Notes: generated from the letters alone by a model not told the origin. DNA of 64,000 nt from an uncultured Verrucomicrobiae bacterium (GCA_963786375.1 CAWAYP010000003.1:241215-305214), one strand, 5' to 3'. Shown: positions 39,437-49,381, counted from the first letter of the stretch. Made by a program: numbers and translations.

Positions 39437-39628
39437 ATTCGGTGGCGCGGAAAAATTGTTCTTAACAAACACTGGTTTGTCCTGACACAAGGCGCGCTGT
39501 CTTGGAAATAGCCGCGTCCCGCCAAGCCTGAGGGGATTTCCGGGCGTTGTCAATGGTGTTAAAGCCTCGTCGAACATGGCAATCAATGTCGTTTTCAATA
39601 CCGAACGGGGAGGAGCTTTTTACCCGGA

Positions 39629-41125
39629 CTATTTGGGAATGGTGGAGGTTTGCACCGAATTTGAGCGGCTTGAATTTCCCGGCTGGCGTGCAAGGCTTGG
39701 ATCCAGTTCGCGTTCCAATTGATACTGCCGCAGCGCGTCTTTGGTCCGGCCAATTCTGGAAAAATAAACCCCCAGATCGTCATGCGCCACGTAATTGTCG
39801 GGATCAATTTTCAAGGCATGTTCCATCAAAGTCTCAGTGTTCTTCCAATAACCAAGTTGATGGCGGGACAGCAGCGCGCATCCGGCCAGGATCACCACGG
39901 CCGCAAGGCCGGGCAAAAACCGCCGCGCCACCGGCGAAAACCGGGCCTCAATCACTTCTGCCGTTCCCCAGACGCACATCAGACAAAATCCGATGGAAGG
40001 CAGATAGGTGTAACGGTCGGCAATCGATTGGAGACCAAATGGAATCAAGCCGCTCACGGGCAGCAACATTCCCAAGAACCAGAGCCAGCCCACTCCCAGA
40101 TAAGGACGGCGGCGAAGATTGGCCACCACCAGAATCGAGATGCCGATCAGAACCGACGCGGCAAGCAAGAGTGATCTGATGTTGACATGGTCGGTGCGCA
40201 AATAAAGACAGGTGAGGTTCTGCGGCCAGAATATCATTTCCAGATAACTCAGATATCCAATCATGACATCCCCCATCCGCGACAATATTCCCAGAGATGC
40301 ACCGGCGGTGGTTGCTCCACCTTCCCGCTGTGCAAAAAACGTGATGATGCCGATAACAAGCGAAAACAAAAAAAACGGCATCTTCTCCGCGACCAGGCTT
40401 TTGACGATTTTCATTCCGGAGGCATTTCGGCTGAAAGCGGCGAAACGATTCAGTGGCCAGAAATCAATCAACAATAAAACCAGCGGAACAGTCACCAGCA
40501 TGGGTTTTGAGAGCAGCCCCAAAACGAAAAATACCAGCGAGAGTTTGTAAAAAATTGAACGGCGGGATGCCGATGTGAATTTTGACCGCAGCTTCGCATC
40601 CACATTCTCCGGCGAGGGGAAAATTTCCCTTTTCACGTGGAGCACGTACATCCAAAGCGTCAACATGAAGAAAAATCCACTCAACACATCCTTGCGTTCG
40701 GAAAGCCATGCGACCGATTCCACCCGCAACGGGTGCCAGGCAAATAACGCGGCAACAAAGGCGCTCCGCCAAAAGGCGCCCGTCATGGAATTCAACAACA
40801 GCAGCAGCAACACCGCGTTAGCGCAGTGAAACAACACATTGACCATGTGGTGCGCGCCGGCATGCAAGCCGAACAACTGGCAATCGAGCATGTGGGAAAG
40901 CCAGGTCAACGGATGCCAGTTGCTGGCATGTTGATCCACGAATGACCACACCAATCCCCACCAACTCAACCCCGAACGCACCGTCGGATTGTTGAACACG
41001 TAGTCGTTGTCGTCGTAATCAACAAAACCGTAATGGCGCGCCGGCCAGTAAATCGCCAGCGTGCCCAGGACCAGCGCCAGACACGCCAGCCAGGTTCGAT
41101 AACGACCGGCTCGGAAAGCAATCAC
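39629..41125 (-). CDS. TMTC-like GT-C membrane glycosyltransferase with short TPR tail (start uncertain)
   Basis: FVDYDDNDYV, NWHPLTWLSHMLD, HPLRVESVAWLSERKDVL, SKPMLVT.P, ADRYTYLP, W.NTETL, C-terminal TPR-like helices. Confidence 0.8.
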   Translation of the reverse strand: MIAFRAGRYRTWLACLALVLGTLAIYWPARHYGFVDYDDNDYVFNNPTVRSGLSWWGLVWSFVDQHASNWHPLTWLSHMLDCQLFGLHAGAHHMVNVLFHCANAVLLLLLLNSMTGAFWRSAFVAALFAWHPLRVESVAWLSERKDVLSGFFFMLTLWMYVLHVKREIFPSPENVDAKLRSKFTSASRRSIFYKLSLVFFVLGLLSKPMLVTVPLVLLLIDFWPLNRFAAFSRNASGMKIVKSLVAEKMPFFLFSLVIGIITFFAQREGGATTAGASLGILSRMGDVMIGYLSYLEMIFWPQNLTCLYLRTDHVNIRSLLLAASVLIGISILVVANLRRRPYLGVGWLWFLGMLLPVSGLIPFGLQSIADRYTYLPSIGFCLMCVWGTAEVIEARFSPVARRFLPGLAAVVILAGCALLSRHQLGYWKNTETLMEHALKIDPDNYVAHDDLGVYFSRIGRTKDALRQYQLERELDPSLARQPGNSSRSNSVQTSTIPK

Positions 41126-41311
41126 TCTTCCATACTGCAAGGGAAAAGACGTTTTCCAAGATTTTTCCCGCAGCGGAAGTGGTTTGAAAAAAATTCCGAT
41201 GCGGCCAAAAGCCGGGAGACGGCAAACCGTACGCCGAGGCGATCTAAAATGATACGCGGTGAAATGTCGCGCCCGATAACCCACCGATGCCAACGCGCCG
41301 ATGAATCTTTC

Positions 41312-41803
41312 TCAAACGACAATATGTATGTCCGTGACCGCGTCACCGGTCTTTGATTCGGTCGGTTTAGCGCCGTCCGCTGGATTGGCGGAAGCGGCGT
41401 CGGTTTGGGTGGAAGGGTCGCCCAGCAACTCCCGAACGGCTTGAACCATGATGGCGGGGGTGCAGGTGCCTTTGACGAGGCGTTTGCTGGCGCGTTCCAG
41501 AACGTATTCCTCCGATGCATCAATGATGGAATTGGTGGACAAGATGATGACCGGAACCGCCTGGTAGCGCGGGTCCGCGCAGATGAATTTGAGCACCTCC
41601 ACGCCGTTGAACTTCGGCAACATCAAGTCGAGCACCACCAAATCCGGCACAAACTGGGCGAGAATTTTCATGGCTTCCAGCCCGTCGTGTGCGGATTCCA
41701 CTTGAAAACCCTGTTGCTGCAGACGCAAGCGATAAACCGCCAGCACAACGGGATTGTCTTCAACAAAAACAATGGTTTTGCTTTTTGTGGTTTCGGCGTT
41801 CAT
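41312..41803 (-). CDS. single-domain response regulator (receiver)
   Basis: VEDN, PDLVVLDLMLPKFNG, PVIILST, LVK. Confidence 0.88.
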   Translation of the reverse strand: MNAETTKSKTIVFVEDNPVVLAVYRLRLQQQGFQVESAHDGLEAMKILAQFVPDLVVLDLMLPKFNGVEVLKFICADPRYQAVPVIILSTNSIIDASEEYVLERASKRLVKGTCTPAIMVQAVRELLGDPSTQTDAASANPADGAKPTESKTGDAVTDIHIVV

Positions 41804-41874
41804 TTCTTCCAGCGCATTTGCCGGCAGGCTCCTGCTTGCACAAAGCTGGCCGGCGCTTGCCTGCCATTAAAAAC

Positions 41875-41891
41875 AGCAGCGGCTGTGCCAA
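41875..41891 (-). promoter_or_regulatory. putative sigma-54 promoter of the receiver gene
   Basis: Minus strand TTGGCACA-GCCG-CTGCT (GG-N10-GC), ~70 nt upstream of the ATG. Confidence 0.55.
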
Positions 41892-42099
41892 TGTAAAAAA
41901 CATTGGCAGCGTTAAATTCCCCCCATTCCACTTCCAACCCATTCAGTGGAAAAGACTTTTATGGAAAGTTGATTTGACCGGCTTTGGCGCGGGAATGGTG
42001 CAGACACGGTTCAGCTTTCACGCCACGGCGTTGCCAAAAAGACAAAATTACTCCGGCCAATCACCCTTTTGTCCGGCCAAAAGCGGTTTAGAAAGCCGA

Positions 42100-43008
42100 T
42101 CAGTTCCTGGATTTTTTACCGGCGTGCCAGCTGTGCCAGTAATTTTCGAGCCGCCGGCAAAACAAGGAGGGTTTCTCCGCATAAAACCGCGAGCCAAGGT
42201 CGAGCGCTGTAGAACGCAGTTCTTTGTGACGCAATTCAATCAATTCATTCAGCGCCTTCACTTCCCCGGCGGGCCGGCGGACGCAGCGGCGGGTGATGAA
42301 TTGCTTCAGAATAACCAGATCGTGGTCGTCGCCGAGACATTGGCTCAACTTTTTCATTTCGCCGGCCGCCGCGCGCAAGTTTTCGGGCTGGCTGGGACAA
42401 AGCAGGCGGAGTTGATGCCAGAGGTCTTGCACGTGTTTCCGCCATTGGTGGAAATTTTCCGGCGATGCTTCTTCAACAGCCACCTCAAATGCCTTCCGCC
42501 CGCGACCGTAACTTTCCCGCAATCCCGATCGAATGGCCGTCCAACCTTCCGCCCTGACCTTCAAATCCCCGGCGCGCCGGTTGACTTTCCGCAACAGGCG
42601 GTCCACCGCCGCGCCGGATTTGCCTTTTATAAATTCGCGGGCTTCCTCACGGAAGTTTTGGCGTAAAGCTTTTTTGATTCCGGAAAATGGATGGACCGGA
42701 AGCCGGTCCTTGAAATGAACAACCAATCGCTCCAGCGCCTGTGGTCTGACCCGCGCGTCGCGCGGGTCCCTCAACTGCTTTGCCGCCGCGCGCAACATTT
42801 TCGCGCTTTTGCGATAAGCGTCTCCGTCCATGCTTTCGCGGACGAGCCCCAAAGTGGCGCGCACTCTCTTGATCTCCTTGCGCACGCTGTGAACGGCTTC
42901 CAACCGGTCGCATTTTTGCAAATGATCCAGCGCCTTGGCGATCCGCTCGCGACTCAAGCGCCGCGTCGCCTGGGTCGGTGATTCCTTTTTTTTGAAATGA
43001 AACGCCAT
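42100..43008 (-). CDS. CHAD domain protein (polyphosphate-binding)
   Basis: AVHSVRKEIKRVRA, RD, FHQWRKHVQDLWHQ, LGDDHDL. Confidence 0.85.
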   Translation of the reverse strand: MAFHFKKKESPTQATRRLSRERIAKALDHLQKCDRLEAVHSVRKEIKRVRATLGLVRESMDGDAYRKSAKMLRAAAKQLRDPRDARVRPQALERLVVHFKDRLPVHPFSGIKKALRQNFREEAREFIKGKSGAAVDRLLRKVNRRAGDLKVRAEGWTAIRSGLRESYGRGRKAFEVAVEEASPENFHQWRKHVQDLWHQLRLLCPSQPENLRAAAGEMKKLSQCLGDDHDLVILKQFITRRCVRRPAGEVKALNELIELRHKELRSTALDLGSRFYAEKPSLFCRRLENYWHSWHAGKKSRN

Positions 43009-43184
43009 AAACCGCCGGGTTTTTTAGCGGTGGACTCGGACTCGGCATAATCATGCCCGCCCGGGGAGAAAGTTCAAGGAGATTTTCCGGCAGTGCCCGG
43101 GTTGGCTCTCTCCATTGTTGCAAACAATGCCGGTCAAAAGTTTTTCAATTCACAGCCCGGCAGGCAAAGAGATAGTCTTGCCGC

Positions 43185-45020
43185 GTGACCGAAGCCCAGA
43201 CGCCAGACGCCAGACCCCGGACCCCGGATGCCATCCGCGGCTTCTGGAGCCTGTTCGTCACGCAATTCCAGGGCGCGTTCAGCGACAACGTCCTCAAAAA
43301 CCTCGTCGTGTTCATGATTTTGGGCATGAACGTTTCGCTCGCCGAGCAGCATCATATCGGTGAGCTCGTCGGCGCGCTGTTCTCGCTGCCGTTCATTTTG
43401 TTTTCCATGGCCGGCGGTTTTCTCGCCGACCGGTTCAGCAAACGCACCGTTTGCATCGGCGTCAAAAAATTTGAAATCCTCGTCATGCTGTTCGCCACGG
43501 CGGGCCTGGCGATCCACAATTTGCCGATGGAACTCGCCGCCGTTCTTGGCATGGGCATGCACAGCGCGGTTTTCGGCCCGTCCAAGTACGGTCTGCTGCC
43601 GGAGTTATTGCCGGAAAAAAAATTGTCCTGGGGCAACGGGCTGCTCGAATTCGGCACGTTCGTTTCCATCATTCTGGGCACCGTTGCCGCCGCGTTCATG
43701 GCGGGATGGTTTCACGGCCGGCAATTCTGGTCCGGCATCATTCTCATCGGGCTGGCGTTCGCCGGCCTGACCGCCAGCCTCGGCATCACGCGCGTGCCCG
43801 CCGCCGATCCCGGCAGAAAATTCCGCGTAAATTTTTTGGCTGATTTGTTCGCGCAACTTGGCATGGTTCGCCGGGACCGTCCGCTGGCGCTCGCCTTTCT
43901 CGGCAACACCTACTTCAATTTTCTCGGCGCGCTGCTGTTGCTGAATTTGTTTTTTTACGGCGCGGACGTGTTGCACGTGGACGAAGCCAAAATTGGCCTG
44001 TTGAATGTCGCGCTCGCGCTCGGCATCGGACTGGGCAGCGTGGCGGCCGGGTACCTGTCCGGCGGCAAAATCGAATACGGTCTCGTGCCGCTCGGTGCGT
44101 TTGGCATGTCACTGGTCTGCGGGTTGCTGGCGGCACCGGGTTTGTCCCTGAACGCCGCGTTCATCCGGCTGGCGTTGCTCGGATTTGCCGGCGGCTTCTT
44201 CATCGTGCCGCTCTGCGCGTTGTTGCAACACCGGCCCGACAAAACCAAAAAAGGCGAAGTGCTGGCGGCGGCCAATTTGCTTTCGTTCGTCGGCATCTTC
44301 CTGGCTTCGGGCGTGTATTATTTGCTGGTGGACGCAGCGGGTTTTTCGCCGCGCCAGATTTTCCTGTTCGGCGGCGTTCTGACTTTTGTCGGCGCGGTTT
44401 TCGTGCTGGTGCTTTCTCCTGAATCGCTGGTGCGCGCCGTGCTGTGGCTGGCTACGCACACGTTATACCGGGTGCGCGTGCGCGGATTGGAAAACGTTCC
44501 GCGGCGGAGTGGCGCGCTGCTCATCAGCAATCATGTTTCCTTCGTGGATTGGCTGCTGCTGATGGCGGCGGCGGACCAGCCGGTGCGATTTCTTATCAGC
44601 AAGGAGTTTTGTGAATCGCCCTGGCTGGGTCCTTTTATCCGTGTCGCGCGCGTCATTCCCATCCCGCCCGGGGTTCGTCCCCGCGAGGTGACTCACGCGC
44701 TGCAGTGCTGCGGCGACATAATCCGCAACGGCGAAATCGTGTGCGTTTTTGCCGAGGGCGGCATCACGCGCACGAACGAATTGATGCCGTTCCAGCGCGG
44801 CTTCGAACGCATCATGAAAAACGTGGATGCGCCCATTGTACCGGTGGCGTTGACAGGTGTGTGGGGCAGCATTTTCAGCTTTGAACGGGGGAAATTTTTC
44901 TGGAAATGGCCGCAGCAACTCCGGCGTTCGGTCACGGTGAGCTTCGGCCAACCGCTGCCGCCCACCGCAACCACGGAAGCAGTGCGGGAAGCTGTTAGAA
45001 AATTATCAAACAGCGGCTAA
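43185..45020 (+). CDS. MFS lysophospholipid transporter (LplT-like) fused to a PlsC-type acyltransferase
   Basis: TQFQGAFSDN, GGFLADRFSK, FGPSKYGLLPE; NHVSFVD (HX4D) and FAEG; no acyl-ACP synthetase domain. Confidence 0.85.
   Translation: MTEAQTPDARPRTPDAIRGFWSLFVTQFQGAFSDNVLKNLVVFMILGMNVSLAEQHHIGELVGALFSLPFILFSMAGGFLADRFSKRTVCIGVKKFEILVMLFATAGLAIHNLPMELAAVLGMGMHSAVFGPSKYGLLPELLPEKKLSWGNGLLEFGTFVSIILGTVAAAFMAGWFHGRQFWSGIILIGLAFAGLTASLGITRVPAADPGRKFRVNFLADLFAQLGMVRRDRPLALAFLGNTYFNFLGALLLLNLFFYGADVLHVDEAKIGLLNVALALGIGLGSVAAGYLSGGKIEYGLVPLGAFGMSLVCGLLAAPGLSLNAAFIRLALLGFAGGFFIVPLCALLQHRPDKTKKGEVLAAANLLSFVGIFLASGVYYLLVDAAGFSPRQIFLFGGVLTFVGAVFVLVLSPESLVRAVLWLATHTLYRVRVRGLENVPRRSGALLISNHVSFVDWLLLMAAADQPVRFLISKEFCESPWLGPFIRVARVIPIPPGVRPREVTHALQCCGDIIRNGEIVCVFAEGGITRTNELMPFQRGFERIMKNVDAPIVPVALTGVWGSIFSFERGKFFWKWPQQLRRSVTVSFGQPLPPTATTEAVREAVRKLSNSG
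43196..43230 (+). repeat. heptamer tandem repeat (CCRGAYS)x5 within the 5' end of the lplT ORF
   Basis: CCAGACG CCAGACG CCAGACC CCGGACC CCGGATG. Confidence 0.7.
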
Positions 45021-45057
45021 GTTCCGACCAGGAGGAGCGGCACGGCGCCCTGCACGT

Positions 45058-46485
45058 TTATCGCCCGGCCCGGCCCAATGCGGCAACCAAGTCTTCCACC
45101 ACCCAATTTGCCCGCGCGGCTTGCAACACATCGGCTGCGTTTCCATGCTGCCAGACAGCAAACCGAATGGTCTTGCCGACATCGGCCTGCAAGGGTGGTT
45201 GCGCCAGCAATCCCGCGATGAAACCCGCCAGCACATCGCCGCTGCCGCCTTGGGCGAGGTGCGGGTTGCCGGACGAATTCACAAAAATCGGGCCTGTGCT
45301 CTGGCCCACGAGCGTTTGATGTCCTTTCAGCACGACCCAGCAATCGCCAAACCGGCGGGATAGTTCACGCACTGCTTGCGGGCGGTTTGCCTGCACTTGT
45401 TGCGCCGTCTTCCCCAGCATTCGTGCCGCTTCGCCGGGATGCGGCGTGACGATCCGAATCTCATTCTTCGACAAAGCGTGGGGCACAAGCCAGTCCAGCG
45501 CGCTCGCGTCCACAATCATGGGCAAAGCCGAGTCGCGCGCGAGCCGGCGCCACAACCGCCGCGTGAATGTTTTTAATTCTTCCGCGAATTGCGGAGCGGC
45601 CATTCCCGGACCAATCAGAATGGCGCTGACCGATTCCGGCAATCTCGTTTCCGGTTTCCAAACATTGACCATGACCGCCTGCAACTGCGACGCGACCACG
45701 TGATAAACGGCTTCCTGTGGAAACAAGGTGATGAGTCCGGGCTGGGCGCGTTGCGCGCCGCGCGCGGCCAAAACCGCCGCCCCGTGAAAACCGAAGCTGC
45801 CCGCGATCATCGCCAAATGCCCGAATGAACCTTTATGGCTGGCGACGTCCCGCCGCGGGGGAACACCGGAGAAATCGTCCGGCAGCGTCCAATTCAACTC
45901 GCTCTGAAGCGGACAGGCAATCAAGCCGACATCTTCGGCGACTTCCAATCGTCCCACAAACGGCCAGGCGCCTGGCTGAAGCATTCCGATTTTGGGCGCG
46001 CCAACGGTCAGGGTAACTGCTGCTTCAATCGCCGTCCCTTTCGGCTGACCGCTGTCTGCATTCAAACCGGATGGCACATCCACGGCGAGAATCGGAATTT
46101 TCGACCCATTGACCGCCGCGATGAACTTCTTCCAGCCGTCATCGAGTGGACGATCCAGACCGATGCCAAACAAACCGTCAATGATGAGCGCGGGGCGGGA
46201 GCGCAGTGCGGTTTCGAGTTTCGACAAATCATTTTCCGGCGCGGTAATATCCAGCGTTTCAACGCGACGGTCGGGCAACTGTTCGCGCGCGGCGCGGGCA
46301 TCGCCGCCATTGTGGCCTTTGCCGGCAAGAATCAGAATGGCGTCACCCGGAACGCTCATTCGCAATGCGAGTCCGGCGATTTTCTTGCCGACGCGGCGGA
46401 TGACCTCGGCCTCGGATTGGCCGGCGGCCCAGGTGGCGTTTTCCCACTCGCGCATTTGGGCAATGTTGATGACCGGAACCGGCAT
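45058..46485 (-). CDS. nnr: bifunctional NAD(P)H-hydrate epimerase/dehydratase
   Basis: GKGHNGGD, DGLFGIG, AVDVPSG, HKGSFG, GPG, TPHPGEAAR, VLKG, GGSGDVLAG. Confidence 0.9.
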   Translation of the reverse strand: MPVPVINIAQMREWENATWAAGQSEAEVIRRVGKKIAGLALRMSVPGDAILILAGKGHNGGDARAAREQLPDRRVETLDITAPENDLSKLETALRSRPALIIDGLFGIGLDRPLDDGWKKFIAAVNGSKIPILAVDVPSGLNADSGQPKGTAIEAAVTLTVGAPKIGMLQPGAWPFVGRLEVAEDVGLIACPLQSELNWTLPDDFSGVPPRRDVASHKGSFGHLAMIAGSFGFHGAAVLAARGAQRAQPGLITLFPQEAVYHVVASQLQAVMVNVWKPETRLPESVSAILIGPGMAAPQFAEELKTFTRRLWRRLARDSALPMIVDASALDWLVPHALSKNEIRIVTPHPGEAARMLGKTAQQVQANRPQAVRELSRRFGDCWVVLKGHQTLVGQSTGPIFVNSSGNPHLAQGGSGDVLAGFIAGLLAQPPLQADVGKTIRFAVWQHGNAADVLQAARANWVVEDLVAALGRAGR

Positions 46486-46626
46486 GGCGTGGGAGAGCGT
46501 GTCAGAACAACGGCCCGAAAAAAAGGAGAATTGCTTGCGCCTCAATTCCTTATCGTCATCGTAATTTCAACCTGCCGGGCCATTAATTCCGGTTTATGAT
46601 GAAGGCGGCAAAACAACATGAAATAA

Positions 46627-46655
46627 CGTCACTCAATCGTCACACGGTTGTCACA
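46627..46655 (+). promoter_or_regulatory. Pho-box-like triple direct repeat
   Basis: GTCAC at 46628, 46639 and 46650 (11-nt period), directly upstream of the phoB-like gene. Confidence 0.75.
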
Positions 46656-46705
46656 GATTTGAAATTGTGTGACGAGTGTGATTTGAGCATGATGTACTGG
46701 CAAAG

Positions 46706-47386
46706 GTGAAGCCTAAGATACTAGTGGTGGATGACGAGCCGGAAGCTGTCGAGCTTGTGGAGTTCAACCTCAAGCAAGCCGGTTACGCGGTGAGTTCGGC
46801 CGCCGATGGCGCCGAGGCATTGAAAAAGGCGCGCGCCCAACCGCCGGACCTGATCGTGCTCGACGTGATGTTGCCCGAAATGGATGGCTTCGAGATTTGC
46901 AAAACGCTGCGGCTGGAACCCGTCACCGCGCGCGTACCCGTTATCATGCTCACCGCCAAGGCGGCGGAAATTGACCGGGTGCTCGGCTTGGAACTCGGCG
47001 CCGACGATTATCTGACCAAACCGTTCAGCCCGCGTGAACTTTTGCTGCGCATCAAAAAAATTCTGTCACGCGGCCAGAACGGAGAAAAGCCGCGCGAACA
47101 GATGCGCTTTGGCGATTTGATGATTGACCTGCCGCGGCACGTGGCGAGTTGGAAGGGCAAAACCATCGAGTTGACGGCCACCGAATTCAAACTGCTCGTC
47201 GTGCTCGCGCAACGCGCCGGGCGCGTGCAATCGCGCGACCATCTGCTGCGCGACGTCTGGGAATACGACAGCCTCATTGACACGCGCACAGTGGACACCC
47301 ACATGCGCCGCCTGCGCGAAAAACTCGGCCCGGCGTCGAAGCATCTGGACACCGTGCGCGGGGTCGGCTATCGGTTTGTGGAATGA
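46706..47386 (+). CDS. phoB: PhoB/PhoP-family response regulator
   Basis: Receiver plus winged helix (LGADDYLTKPFSPREL; TRTVDTHMRRLREKL; TVRGVGY); Pho box upstream. Confidence 0.85.
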   Translation: MKPKILVVDDEPEAVELVEFNLKQAGYAVSSAADGAEALKKARAQPPDLIVLDVMLPEMDGFEICKTLRLEPVTARVPVIMLTAKAAEIDRVLGLELGADDYLTKPFSPRELLLRIKKILSRGQNGEKPREQMRFGDLMIDLPRHVASWKGKTIELTATEFKLLVVLAQRAGRVQSRDHLLRDVWEYDSLIDTRTVDTHMRRLREKLGPASKHLDTVRGVGYRFVE

Positions 47387-47481
47387 AGGCAGAAGGCAGA
47401 AGGCAGAAGGCAGAAACTGGATCTGCGCGTTTCGCCTGCTCGAAGTTAGTTTATGCCTTCTTTATTCCGCATTCTTCCTTT
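47385..47481. repeat. heptamer array (GAAGGCA)x4 with a degenerate inverted partner
   Basis: 47385-47412 holds four perfect GAAGGCA units; 47452-47481 is TGCCTTC-like. Confidence 0.7.
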
Positions 47482-47486
47482 TGAGC

Positions 47487-48665
47487 ATGTGGCCGTTGCT
47501 GACCATTCTTGTCATTGCCGCCGCCCTCGGGATTCATTTCTGGTGGCGGCAAAGGTTCCGGCGGCAGCAACAGCAATTGCAGGCCGACATGGAGGATTTC
47601 CAGCAGCGGGAGCAGCAAACAACAATTGACGCCAAGGCGCAGCAACAGGTCCTCTTCAACAGCATGCTGGAAGGCCTGCTGCTGCTTGATCGCAACCGCC
47701 GGATTTATCTGGCCAACCGCGCCTTCAAAAATCTGTTCGGCCTGAAAACCGAGTTGCGCGGCAAAACCGTCATGGAGGCGTTGCGCGTGCATGAACTCGC
47801 CGCGCTGGTTGAGCGCGTTGAAAGCGACGGGCAAGTTTTCGACTATGAACTGAAGCTGCCGGAATTGAGCGAGCGCTGGCTGCAGGTCAACGCCGCCGCC
47901 ATCTTCAACTCCGCCGGCGAACGCGAGGGCACCATTCTTGTCTTTCACGATCTGACCCGGCTCAAGCAGCTCGAACGCACGCGGGAGGAGTTTGTCGCGA
48001 ATGTCAGCCACGAATTGCGCACGCCGCTCTCGCTCATCAAAGGCTACGTTGAAACCCTGCTCGACGGCGCGCGGAGCAATCCCGAGGTCGCCGAACGTTT
48101 CCTCAGAATCATCGAGCGCAACACGCAACGGCTGGATTTGCTCATCCAGGATTTGCTCACGATTTCCGCGCTGGAATCCGGCCGGGTCAAACTGAATTTG
48201 CAGCCGGTGGCCCTGCGCCCGCTGGTCGAGAAAGTATTGGCCGATTTGAAAAAACCCGCAGGGACCAAAGGCGTGAATCTCGTGAACGAACTGCCTGATC
48301 TGACCGTGACCGGCGATGCCAGCCGGCTCGAACAGGTTTTCGCCAATCTCGTGGACAACGCCATCAAATATGGCCGCACCCAGGGTACGGTGACCATCGG
48401 CGGACAAAAAGCCGACGCGAACAAAATTGAAGTTTTCGTGCAGGATGATGGACCGGGCATCCCCCCCGAATCACTGGATCGCATCTTCGAACGGTTTTAT
48501 CGCGTGGACAAGGCGCGCTCGCGCGAGCAGGGCGGCACCGGTTTGGGACTTTCCATCGTGAAGCACATTGTCCAAAACCACGGCGGCGAGGTTTGGGCGA
48601 AAAGCGAACCGGGCAAGGGCGCGACGTTTTTCTTCACGCTGCCCGCGGCACAAAACAATTCCTGA
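47487..48665 (+). CDS. phoR: PhoR-like PAS sensor histidine kinase
   Basis: TM helix, PAS, EFVANVSHELRTPL..IKGYVETL, NLVDNAIKY, DDGPGI, FERFYRVDKARSR..GGTGLGL. Confidence 0.88.
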   Translation: MWPLLTILVIAAALGIHFWWRQRFRRQQQQLQADMEDFQQREQQTTIDAKAQQQVLFNSMLEGLLLLDRNRRIYLANRAFKNLFGLKTELRGKTVMEALRVHELAALVERVESDGQVFDYELKLPELSERWLQVNAAAIFNSAGEREGTILVFHDLTRLKQLERTREEFVANVSHELRTPLSLIKGYVETLLDGARSNPEVAERFLRIIERNTQRLDLLIQDLLTISALESGRVKLNLQPVALRPLVEKVLADLKKPAGTKGVNLVNELPDLTVTGDASRLEQVFANLVDNAIKYGRTQGTVTIGGQKADANKIEVFVQDDGPGIPPESLDRIFERFYRVDKARSREQGGTGLGLSIVKHIVQNHGGEVWAKSEPGKGATFFFTLPAAQNNS

Positions 48666-48707
48666 AATTGCTTGGTCGGCTGACGGCTTGCCGATAAATT
48701 TTCCGCA

Positions 48708-49187
48708 ATGGTTCACGTTGGCATCGGCTACGACGTTCACGCGCTGGTCGCGGGTCGCAAACTCATCCTTGGCGGCGTCGAGATTCCACACGCCAAAGGC
48801 CTCGACGGCCATTCGGACGCCGACGCCCTCATGCACGCCATTTGTGATGCGCTGCTCGGCGCGCTGGGCGAGCCGGACATCGGCCATTTTTTCCCGAACA
48901 CCGACCCGCGCTGGAAAAACGCGCCCAGCCGGATTTTTCTGGAGGAAGCTGCGCGCATCATCGCACTCCGGCGGGGAAAAATCGTGAACGTGGACGCGAC
49001 CCTTATCGCGCAGGAACCGAAACTTTATCCGCATACCGGGGAAATGAAACGGCGCATCGCCGACGCGCTCGGCGTCCCGGAAAAGCACATCGGCATCAAG
49101 GCCACAACCAACGAAAAAATGGGATTCATTGGCCGCGAGGAAGGCATTGCCGCCATGGCCGTGGCTGGCGTGGACTTGCCGGAGTGA
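48708..49187 (+). CDS. ispF: 2-C-methyl-D-erythritol 2,4-cyclodiphosphate synthase
   Basis: GIGYDVH, GHSDAD...HA..DALLGA, DIG..FP, KATTNEKMGF.GR.EG. Confidence 0.96.
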   Translation: MVHVGIGYDVHALVAGRKLILGGVEIPHAKGLDGHSDADALMHAICDALLGALGEPDIGHFFPNTDPRWKNAPSRIFLEEAARIIALRRGKIVNVDATLIAQEPKLYPHTGEMKRRIADALGVPEKHIGIKATTNEKMGFIGREEGIAAMAVAGVDLPE

Positions 49188-49191
49188 TTTC

Positions 49192-49307
49192 AACCACGGA
49201 TGGATACAGATGCACAGATGCACACGGATTTTGAAACCTGAACTGATGCTGCCAACCTTAAATTTCCGCCGGATCTTTTATCTGTGTTTATCCGTGCCCA
49301 TCTGTGG
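49192..49307. repeat. inverted pair of ~10-mer repeat arrays (REP-like), target of the integrative element
   Basis: AACCACGGATGGATACAGATGCACAGATGCACACGGAT (49192-49229) is complementary to ATCTGTGTTTATCCGTGCCCATCTGTGG (49280-49307). Confidence 0.75.
49292..49307 (+). repeat. attL core
   Basis: CCGTGCCCATCTGTGG, identical to 54157-54172. Confidence 0.85.
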
Positions 49308-49360
49308 CGAGTTTAACAAAACCCTTGATTTGTCAAGGGTTGCTCGCAGGGTGGACGGCC

Positions 49361-49381
49361 ACTGTCAGCGAAACTGTCAGT
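49361..49381 (+). repeat. arm-type integrase binding repeat, left
   Basis: ACTGTCAGCGAAACTGTCAGT; 20/21 identical to 54030-54050. Confidence 0.75.
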
